A stretch of 64,000 bases of DNA from Yuukianura sp. NJ FZ-2021 (taxonomy: Eukaryota): NCBI GenBank assembly GCA_046563655.1, contig CM102289.1, forward strand, positions 1,798,001 to 1,862,000, in the 5' to 3' direction. The position numbers were made by a program, and so were the translations under genes. The notes beneath the pieces are model-generated. The model ran no database searches. It was given only the letters and a program-made list of their open reading frames with translations, and was not told the DNA's origin. Numbering within the stretch: position 1 is the stretch's first letter; every line of letters begins with the position of its first letter. Shown here piece after piece: positions 36,915 through 47,600 of this stretch.

Positions 36915-37912
36915 TTGAGTCGCAAAATTCAACAATTTCAAGGTCAATTACGCACTCCATCAACAACGGAAGTGGTCGCTTGCACTGAATGTGGCAAAAA
37001 CGTCAAAATGCAAAGTCTTCCTCAGCACATGCGCATACACACTGGGGAAAACCCATACGTTTGCTCCGAATGCGGAAAAGCCTTTGGACGAAAGGACCAT
37101 CTTCGAAGGCACAGTCGTGGACATTCTCAAGCGTTTTTACGCTGCCACGACTGCCCAAAAGTGTTCAAAAACAAACAGAATCTCAAGAGTCATATTGTAA
37201 CCCACACAGGAGTAAGTGATTTCGTGTGCAATTTCTGTCAATACGCTGCCCAAAGTTCCACAGCACTGGAGAGACACATTGCAATCCATACCAACGAGAG
37301 ACGTTTCCAGTGCGAATCATGCGCAAAGTCTTTCAAGTGTCAAATAAGTCTCACACAACACATGAAATTGCATGGAAAGAATAAGCTCAACTGCAAATTT
37401 TGTGATTATCAAACGCAGAACACACAAGTATGTTCATTTTTTTAGTTTCGAAAATAAGCGTCATGATGTAATATTTTAATTTTGTTTAGAGAATGGACAC
37501 TCATGCCAGGCGACATGCTGATTCAAAGAAGATTAGTCGATGTCCGCACTGTCCTTATGCAACTGCTACCTACGATGAGCTAAAAACTCACGTGAAATTG
37601 CATACACTTCAAAAGATGAGGACGTATGACTGCGACATTTGCTTCAAAAAACTTAGTTCTAAACATAACTTAATTTACCATAAAAGAATCCACAGCGGAC
37701 AATGGGAACAGCATGGATGTCAGTTCTGCAACAAACAATTCACACATCCCAATACGCTGAAAAGGCATGTGAAGAAGCAACATGCCACATGTAGTTTCAG
37801 TAGAAGTATCTCGACGCTCGATTCCACGAACATGCCAGGACATCTGAACTGCGCAGAAGCAGTTCTGGGAATTAGACAAGTCCGTGTTTGCTTAACACGT
37901 ATTGATGAGTAA
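36915..37912 (+). CDS. Tandem C2H2 zinc-finger protein ZF6 (start codon uncertain)
   Basis: Exon 1 ends at 37427 and exon 2 spans 37490-37912, with the same intron position as the cluster genes. It ends IRQVRVCLTRIDE. The first in-frame ATG is at 37008, inside finger 1, and there is an in-frame TGA at 36909. Confidence 0.78.
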
Positions 37913-38674
37913 TTCTACAATAACTCAGAGATGCTTATTCTTTCTCATTTGGATTTACTTACATACATAAATTTACTTACACAAAAACCAGTATAATTTG
38001 CCAGATGTACGCTTAAGTATTCTTGATTTACAAGAAAACAATAGAACAAGATATAATATGATATAACAGATGATGAGATACAGTTATTCATGTAATTAAA
38101 TATTTAAAATAACATAAAGTTAGATAATAAGTATGTACTATGTAAGATTATGTAAGGTGTAAGATGAGGCAAAGGCTCCACTCACATGCATTGTAATAAT
38201 TATGTATGGTGTATTCACTTACATCTTCTCAAACTGATGTAACTTATGTAATTGATGTAATTTCTGCAATAATTGATGTTATAGTGATCGTAAACACGTT
38301 TGAATTGGTCCATTTGAGTAAGAAGCAGGGAAATGAGCCGATATGATCACGTATGGAATGAACCACAATAAAATTGGATGCTCATTTTGAGTGGGAATTT
38401 TTAAAGGAATTTGAATTTTGATTTTTTGAACTTGAAATTTCAATTTGTTACTTTAGTTCATGCTTCTTTTGTAAGGTGTGATATTTTCAAAATCGCTGAA
38501 ACGACTGTATTTGTTTTGGTGTTGTTGAGCTTTCTCTGCGCAGAATGTCTGTTGCTGCGTAGTAGTTGGTTGGCCTGCTAGCTCCGTGTTTTCCCGGACT
38601 CTTTTGGTACATGGAATGTTGGTTGCCATGGGGATGCGGAATTCCTGAAGTAGAAGTAGTGCATAGAGGTGACT

Positions 38675-41600
38675 TTAAGGTTGATCCGAGTGCTTTGGAG
38701 TTAAAAGTATAGTGAGAGGGCACAGGGCGTTTGAATTTTGGCGGGGAGGTGGTGGGGCAATTGCTGATTGCAAGTAGTTTGTGGTAAATGAACTCCCTCG
38801 TTCACTTTTTGGAGTTGACGGTTGCGAAGTCGAGGTGTGTCCATAGTAACGGTATCCGCCGTCCATGTCCAAGTACTCTGAAAATTTTGAAATTTCGGTT
38901 TTTTAAATTTTGCTTTTGAGAAACTTTACTTTTCAGTTTACCTGGAAATGACGGTTGGCAGTGCATTTTTGTGTTAGTGTTGGACACTTTTGATCCGACA
39001 ACGGTTGATCTCGTGAGGTTGGAAGAAGAAGTTGAATTTGCAGAGGAAGACGGATTAGAAAAAGAGACGCCTTCATACGGCGGATGAAACCCGCGAAACA
39101 CGAGTTCGTTGTAGAAACTCTCTGATTCGTCTCCGTTATTGGTCCAGCAGATGTCCTTCGTTTCTTGTTTCTGGTGAAAGTCACTTCCGTCGGCAAGTGA
39201 AGTGTCGTCAAGGTTTTTTGGTCGAAGGCCAAGTCCCATGTCGCCAACAACTTTTCCTTTGCTCGTGCGTAGAAAAATGCAAGAAGCTAACAAGAGGCAA
39301 CACAGAATAAAAAGTCCTACGGAACCAATCACGAGCCCCAGAACTCCAATGTCGCTCACTGCGTCGGCATCAGTAGAGGAACTCACTGTAATCACAACCA
39401 AACCGCCATTTTCATTAAGATGTTCAAGAAAGAGTCTGAAAAACTAAGTTTTCAAAAATTTTAGTTGGATACTAATTTTCAAAAAAAAAAAAATTCTCAA
39501 TTCATCTTTTCATAAATTGTTTATGCATTTCAAAACATGAGTTGCAGCACAGAGTTCAAGGTTTGAGTTCTTCAAACTACCGTAAATCCTCGCATATAAT
39601 TCGCCAGTTGTCGAAATAATTACGGAAAACTAATGTAGAACTTGAGGAAAAACTTCCTGAAAAGGAAAGGTTTTTTTTTTTTTTGGAAATTTCGATACTT
39701 TTGTTTAAATTTTGAATTTATGTCGGTTTCTGAAATTTTAAAACATAGAACTGCATACCATTAACAGTTCGATTCCTTTGGAGCGTTTCCTGTTCATCCT
39801 GTTGGTAGTTGAGGCTGAGGATGTCATGCGTGAGGTTACCGGTGTACACTTCTGTAAAATGAGGACATTAGACTCAATTAGTTTAAAATGTGGATTAATT
39901 CCATCCTAGATTTTTCGAGGCAGAAGGAATTAATCTCCATTAGAGCAAAAGCGAAGAAAGTCCTAGAATCAATAACTTTCACTTTAACCACCAAATCCCA
40001 TGGGAAATAAAGCTGAAAGCGTCTATCCAATTAAGGCTCTTTTTACCCCCTACTTTTCAAAATCTAAAATCTAAAAAACCCACTTTTTAACCTAAATTTC
40101 AACATAATGTTAGGTTTTTAATGTTTAAGTTAGGTTATGATCTCCATTTAGGTTAAGATTAGCCGGAATGAGAGCAAGTCTGGCCTCCTTCCTCCTTTGT
40201 TGTCGGTGAAAAGAAGCCATAAAATAAATGTTTGAAGTTGGGCCGTTTCTCTTGTTGGACCTGACCTGGTGACAAGGACAGATGTGTGCAAAGTGGAGGT
40301 CAGGAGAGAAGCGGGAGTGTTTGGAAAGCGGGTTTTCACCGAATTCGGGGAGAAAATTAGTCCGGGAAAGTTTTGTTATTGAGAGACTATGGGCTAAGAG
40401 CCAGTGGGCAGTTCTGAGCCACAAGGGACGCTTCATAAATCTTCATCTATTAACACAAAAGTTGACTGAACCAAACAAAACAACTCCGGCACATTTCAAC
40501 TTCCGGAGTTTTTTCTTTGAAAAAAAGTTTTTTCAAAAAACTGTTTTTTGCAAAATTTCCCGCCAAATGGGTTTCTACTTGAAACCTTTGAGAGTGAAAG
40601 AAAAAGCAGAAAAAAAGGAAGTTCCGGGATTTTTTTTTCGTGTTTCAAGTGAAAGTTGAGCATATTTTGAGATGTTGGGATTCAAATTGGCCTAATTAGG
40701 TTGATTAGGCTAATTTGTGATTAGGTTAAGGTTAGGCTAATTTTTGTTTATAGACTAACCAGAGTTGTAAAATATTTCTGACATGAGTAGCCAGTGGTTA
40801 GCATGGAAGAATTCTATGCGAATGAGTGAGGCGAGACGTCCCCGAAGCGGAAAAGTTAGCAAATGGGCTTTCTCTGGCTCAAAATCTCTCCGAGGAATCC
40901 AGCGAAGCGGGAACTCTGAAAATTTCTGGCCGTCCACACTAACGTAAATGTCCGCCGACCTAAAAATCTAAACACAAGAACCATAAATTTAGAATCTAAA
41001 TTTCAAAATACATCGTGTTTAAGCTAAGAGCATTTTTTAGAATTTAGAACATTTTTTACGGAGCAAATTTTTGAATATTTGTGGTTTCACAAGATTAATG
41101 TGAACCTGACTGGTGCTTCGGCAGGAAGAAATATTTGTTTGGAAATTTTATTTATTTAGATTTTCGAAAACGCGGATACTTTTTTTATTTTCGGCGGGAA
41201 GCTATTTGATTGAATTTTTGTTCGCAGGGAATGCTAAAGTAGGAGTTCCTGGAGGTGGTTGTTTCTGTATTCCGTGTAGTTTGGAAGATGATGTTGTTAG
41301 TGAAGCCATGAAGGTTAATTTGGTGGGAGTTTATGAAGTCCTGTCTCCCAGAATCCATAAAGATCCACCTGAGAACCACCCGAGGATGAGCTCAGTTGGG
41401 AAGTGGAGCAGCGTCGGAATGATAATGGAGTTTCTACACGCAAAGCTGCTGGGCCACACTCTGACTAATGTCTTGTTTTGACGCTACTATCCACTTCCAG
41501 GGATCCTGGAGCACTGGAAGCTCTAGATACGCTGGAACAGCACTGGAAGCTACTAGGTTCTACTATTGATCTGGACATAATTAGGAGAAATGGAGCTGTT

Positions 41601-44600
41601 CCACCTGAGACTAATGGAAAAAAGCAGAAGCTACAACTTACCTCTACCCCCTCCGAAACTAAATTATTCACATGAACTGAAAGAGACGTAAACTTCCGGA
41701 TTCCATCAAACTGAAAGGCAATCTTCACAGGTTCCAGGCCACTGTCCCATCCAATCCACCGGTTTCCTAAAAAAAACGCAGAAAAAAATTTTGGAAGGGC
41801 TAAAAAGTAGGTCGCCCTTCGACAATTTTTTGCTTTCGATTTTTTAGATTTTTCTAACCCCTAAAACTGTTTTTTTTTGCGGTGGTTTTTTAGATACATC
41901 GGTGAATTACATTTTTAAAAAAAAACTTAAATATTTGCAAATTTTCAAAAAATTGAACTTAACCTTTCTTGTTTTTAGAACAGCAAAAGTTTCCAGCACT
42001 TTACAAAAAAAATTGCTTCTGAATTTTTTCACATTCAAAACACAAAATTTTATTTTATGCAATCTCGTTTGAGGTAGTGACTTCGTTGCTACTTGATAAA
42101 TTTTGACGTCGTTTGTAAAAGTGTGATTGGAGTACTATTTCAATTTTTGAGATAAAGCAATTTTTGAATGTCACAGTTCCTGAAATTGAAATTTTGTTTC
42201 TACATGATGAAATTTGGAGAAAGCATTTGGAAAATGTAACATTTCCGAAAAAGTTTTGTTTGCGGTTGAAAGTCAAATACTTTCTAGAGTGTCAATTTGT
42301 TGATAAATTCCTCTGCGGCAGGTATTTTCCATTTGGTGAAAGTGGAGAAAGGGCTCATTACGTGTTAGAAAGTTGGGCTAGGTTAACCTAGCTTAACAAA
42401 AGACAAGGCTTCACTGAAGGGGAGTCAGGGGACAACTTCTGAGGAAAAGCGCGGGAAAGGTCGAGGAATTCAAAAGTATCAACACGAGAAAGTCATTTGG
42501 GGGAGATGAAGAAAGGTAAAGTGAAAATGAGACACTTTCGCCACTAACCCCCCCCCCCCCCTCTGAACCCCCACCCTGAACCCCCCCTCCCCTTCAAGGG
42601 GGGTTCTAGGTGAAGGGGCACCTAAAAACAAAAACTTTGTCACTTTCACTGTCGGTATAGTTATAGTTTCCCTTGTGGAAGCATGCCTTTGGTGGCAAGT
42701 GTCTTCCACATTATGCAAGAGGCGAAAAGTTTAATGTTTTGGGGCGGAAACTGTTTCATATTGCTTTTTGGACGTAAACAAAAACAACCAAAGTGTCTTC
42801 AAGAATTTGCTCAAACTTTAATTAAACAGAATCCTTAAGCACAACACTTTTTTTGTCGCAAAACTAGTAACACGTGACTAAAAATTGAAAACTATTAAAA
42901 TTTTTGGAAACTTTTTGAATTTTTATATATTTGGGCGACTTTTTTTGGTAAAAAAAAAGTTCACTTTGGCAAATGAAAAATCGTTTGGTCAGATTGGTTG
43001 ATGAAGCCATTGAAAAACTCTTGGAGAAAAACTTTCTTTTTGAAAAGAAGAAAAAAAATCATTCCACTCAACTTGACCACCATCAACCAATCAACGAAAT
43101 GGCTTCTATTTTTGGAAATTGAAACGAAAAAAAAAACCAGGAAAGGTCAAATTCTTCTTTCAAACTTGACCTCAACTTTTCCATGAAATTTGACCCGCAC
43201 TGTAATTAAACGCTGCTCAACAAATTACTACCTTTGAGGATTCATTTGGAGAAAGTTGAGCTGCAAAAGAAAGTTTTTCCAAAGAAAATACTTTTTTGTG
43301 GAGAAACTCTCAAGTTCCCTTTCTTCAAAAAATTCTTCAAAAAGAAAAAAAAACGCAGAAAAAAGAAAAGTTAAAAATATTTTCCCATTCTTTTTCGAAC
43401 AGAATAACACAGAACATTTAAAAACGCTCAAATTTTACAGTTTTGTATTTTCACCATGTAGTTGATGGTACTGGTAGCTGTATGTGCGTTGTTCTTAAAT
43501 TTTTAAAATACGGAGTACGTCACGTTTAGTTTAACGTAAGCGCAACTCGTGCATCAAAAATTTTTTTGAAAAGTTCAGAGAAGAAGAGGAGCGGAACGGA
43601 AATTAACCGGACGAAGTTAATATCCTAAGCGGAAGTTTTTTCCTTTTCAAAAAAATTTAAAATCCCGCTCTTTTCCTGTGTGCGTCCTCTAAGCGGTCGT
43701 CAGACGAAGAGATTTGAAATCTGGCGCTTCTTTCTTCTTTTTCGTCCTCTCAGGAATTGATTACATTAACATACGATTCATCCAAGTTAGCCTAACTTTT
43801 TTCTTATTAATATACAACCATACTCTGCTCCTCTCCTCATTTTCATAGAATCAACATTAACCTCCAAGTGAAAGTAAGGAAGAGATAGTTTTTTAGGAGC
43901 TCCATCTACCATCTGCTTCCCTTATGAGAAAATTTCCATAGAATTTAATTCTGGCGCTGCTAAATACTCTTTTAAGTTTTTTGAATTTAAAAAGGCGGGA
44001 GTGAGAATTGAAGTTAAAATCCACCTTAGGTTTCCTTGTGTTTCTGCTGTAGAATAGAATGGGGAGAGGGATGGATGCGGAACTTCCTAATGGATTTTTC
44101 CTTTGTAACAATTTCAGAAAGAAAGACAGAGAAGGGAGAAAGCGCGTAAGTGAAACAAAGGGAGAATTAAAAGAGTTCTCTCCTGCTTTTAAATGGGAAA
44201 TTAAGCGGAAAAAAATCCTCGTCTTCCTTGACTTTCTCCAGGTGAGCGGACTTCTACTTTGAGGATATCCTCAAATTCAAACTAAAATTAACTTCGAGCA
44301 AAAGAATTTTCCAAAATAGTGAGATCACTTGCAAGAATTGATCAAAAATTTCAACTATAGCACGTTAACATTTTTAAGCGGAAATTTTTTCGATGAAGCT
44401 GCACTTTGCACAATAACTTTCTTAAAAGTATCTCAACTACAAATTTTCCACAAATTAAAACTTTAAATGTCTAAAAAAAATTATTTCAATGAAAAATTGT
44501 TTGCAGTTGTTAGTAGACGAAGCGCCATTGTGCCACATCAAAAAAACTGAATTATTTTTTTTTGTGTTTTGAAAATAGAGGGCTTGGCGGGTTTGAGGAA

Positions 44601-47600
44601 ATCCTCAAAGTGCGACACTAGCTCTGGTGAGCCCGTATGTTCAAAACCCCATAGTACCTTGTGTTTTTCGTTCTGTTTTAAAGTCAGCTTGTCCAAGTAG
44701 CGTGTCCGTAAGTATTCCCAATCCGCTCCTCAGAATCTCATCTTCGTCCATCCATCCGTCATAGTTGAGGTCACGCAGGTCAACGTCCGGATTGTTCTTC
44801 CAGTAGCCCTGAGGGCTATCGTAGTACAAAAGGCCATCTAACATAAACCAGAACATCAATAAACTTATGTACTAAAAAGTTGAAACATAAAAACAGGAAC
44901 TATAATAAAATGTCGATTAATTCCTAATGAAGAGTGGCATTTCCCGAGGAAAGAATTTGAATTTATGGATTTGGCGCCCTTTTTTGTTGCATGTGACACA
45001 ATTGCGTTACCTGTGTATGGACATCCATATGCTTCCACTCTCATGCAAACTGTCATGGGATGGAGAGAGTGCGGAATAAATCGAATTTTACTGGCAATGA
45101 TTGGTGGTTGAAGATCCTGTTCAACGGCAGTGTAAGTATTTGAATTTCCCTCCAGAATCTGTATGGACGCAGAGAAAAGCATTAGTCAAGGCCTTGTCAC
45201 TTTGGTTCTCCACAGCCCAGGACTAACGCATGGACGAATAGCCAGTCATGCAAAAGCATAGCTTTCCAGTTCGTCATGAGGAAAAGACAGAGATGAAGAT
45301 TTGATTTATTTTCGCCCGCCCTGTCCGCAACCCTGCTTTCTCCTGATGTCAATTTCATTCTAAGATCACGCATTCTTTCAAATGCAACACGACTCCAAGG
45401 ACTAAAAATGTTATACCTAAACCAAGGGTTGGTGCATACACGTACGTTGCAGTAAACTGAACTTGATTTATTGGATTTTCCAAAAACTGGAACGAGTCGT
45501 AATGGTTTTTGAAATTTTCGAATTTTGGGAGAAAAAGTGGACATAGTGCAAACCCATGTTTTGGTTATTGGTTTAAAGGGTAGGACCGCATTCAGAGAAT
45601 TAGGATTAGTAAAAAGTAATTTTTGTTTGAAAAAAAGTTTTACCGCTTTTCCAGAATGGTCTCTGTAGTTGATCCATTTTCCGAGCGCGTCTCTCCAGTA
45701 CTCAATTTGAAAATTTTTGGCAAATTCCTGTCCCATGCCATTTCCAAAACGACCTTGAGTCTCAGTCTTCGTAATGCGATGAACTCCGTCAAGGTCAATT
45801 TCCAAATACTCTCTAACGCCCTCCTGAATTGTGGCTCGAGGACACCAGGCTCCGCCGACCAATTCAGTTCGAATTCTGAAAAAAAGGAAATGATTATGAA
45901 CTTTTTGTATCAAAATTTTGTTTCGAACAGTAGCAAATTTTAGAACTTGAGCCTCATTTTACTTCACCTTGCTTGCATGTATGATTTTCATGTGATTTTC
46001 ATATAATCTATGACTTGACATTTTGAGTTTAACGAGAGTCATAAACTGTCGTGTTCCAGGAAAACATAAATGTCTGTTTAACCTGATTGATAAGCTGCGG
46101 AAGTTGTTAACACTTTTAACATAACATGAGGCTGATATGATTACACAGAAAATTACTAGTGTATGAATGACAGGTAAAAAATGACTAACAAAATGATTAC
46201 AAAATTTTAAGAAATTTTGAATTTCAAAGCCATGCATTTAGGAACTTTTTTTTCAAAGCGGTGAAGCTTCCACCATGAAGAAAATTGGCAATAAATTTTT
46301 TCCAACATCGAGACATGACGTGTAATGGTTTGGCTCCAAAAAAAAATTATGACAGAGCATGCAACGACCTTGAGAAAATGCATCGTTTTTTTAGACCTTT
46401 ACCGAACGAAGATGAAGCTAGTTTTAGGCTTGGTATTCTGCTGCTGTATAAAATTGAGCATAAAGTTATGCTTCATCACACTTGTGACGAGACAGACGCT
46501 ATTGCGAAAAAAAACCTTGCAGATTTTTGGCACATGAATGTTTTTTTATTGACGAAGCTTTACTTGAAGTGCAAATTTGCTCAATGGAATCATGATGTCA
46601 TTCGAAATTAGTCACTTCAAAAAACAGAAAATGCAAACAGACGATGAGTTCCGAAAAATTTTCCAAAAAATGGGCGTGTTGGAAAATGCAGTTGAAATGA
46701 AATGATGAATAGAATTTATGAGAGGTCAATGAGGTCATGGAATGTTAACTGTAACTGCATGAGACACAATGGTTATCTATCAGGTGAGTCAGGACATGAC
46801 CAAATGTATTTCTAAAATATAAATTACCCCAACTTTTGTTAGTTTTTGTACCATTGACTACGTGGCCTACTGCCAACATCACAACACAACATAACCACAG
46901 TCTACAATTTTCAGTTCTTCTCTCACTTTGTTCCTGTCTCTGTTCCAGATCAGACGTACATCTCTCATCACCTCAGAGGTCACCAAAGGTCATCCTACTT
47001 TTTACACTCCCTACGTCAAACTAACTTAAAGCCAAATCATCATGACATCCAAGTTTGTTCCACTCAAGGGATGCAAGTGCCCACTCTGTGACAGGGTAAG
47101 TCTCAACACAAAATTTGAGTTTTACAGAAGAAAAATTTTCCAGTTAAAGAAATTTTCTGAAATTTAAATTTTTGACCTTTGACTTTTCCAGAACTTGCCT
47201 ACGGTGAAGCCATTTCCAGGATTCAATGCTGAACAGGATGCAGAGGCTTTGAAAGCAGCCATGAAGGGGTTTGGGTGTAACAACGAAGAAATCACGAAAA
47301 TCATGGGTAATCGCACAGCGAATCAGCGTCACGAAATTGGAGAAGCGTACAAGAACCTGTATGGACGGGATTTGATTGATGACCTCAAGAGTGAACTGGG
47401 CGGGAACTTCGAAAGGCTGGTCATTGCCCTCATGTTCCCATGGCCACAGTTCTGTGCCAGAGTCATCAAGAAGGCATGCAAGGGAGCCGGCACTGATGTA
47501 AGTTACGCCACTGATGCCATCATGGCAACAAGTTGACCTTTGACCTTTCAAAAACCTGACCTTTGACCTTTCATTGTTTACAGGAGCAAGGAATCGTTGA

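Noticed and set aside
40690..40742. TTAGG-like repeats suggesting an interstitial telomeric tract
   Set aside because: There are only a few interrupted units, too short and degenerate to support the call.
41113..41640. GC-richer intronic segment with short ORFs (possible extra DDR exon or retroelement relic)
   Set aside because: The strong GTAAGT donor at 41641 splices in frame to the exon at 40967. No recognisable domain motif was found in any frame.
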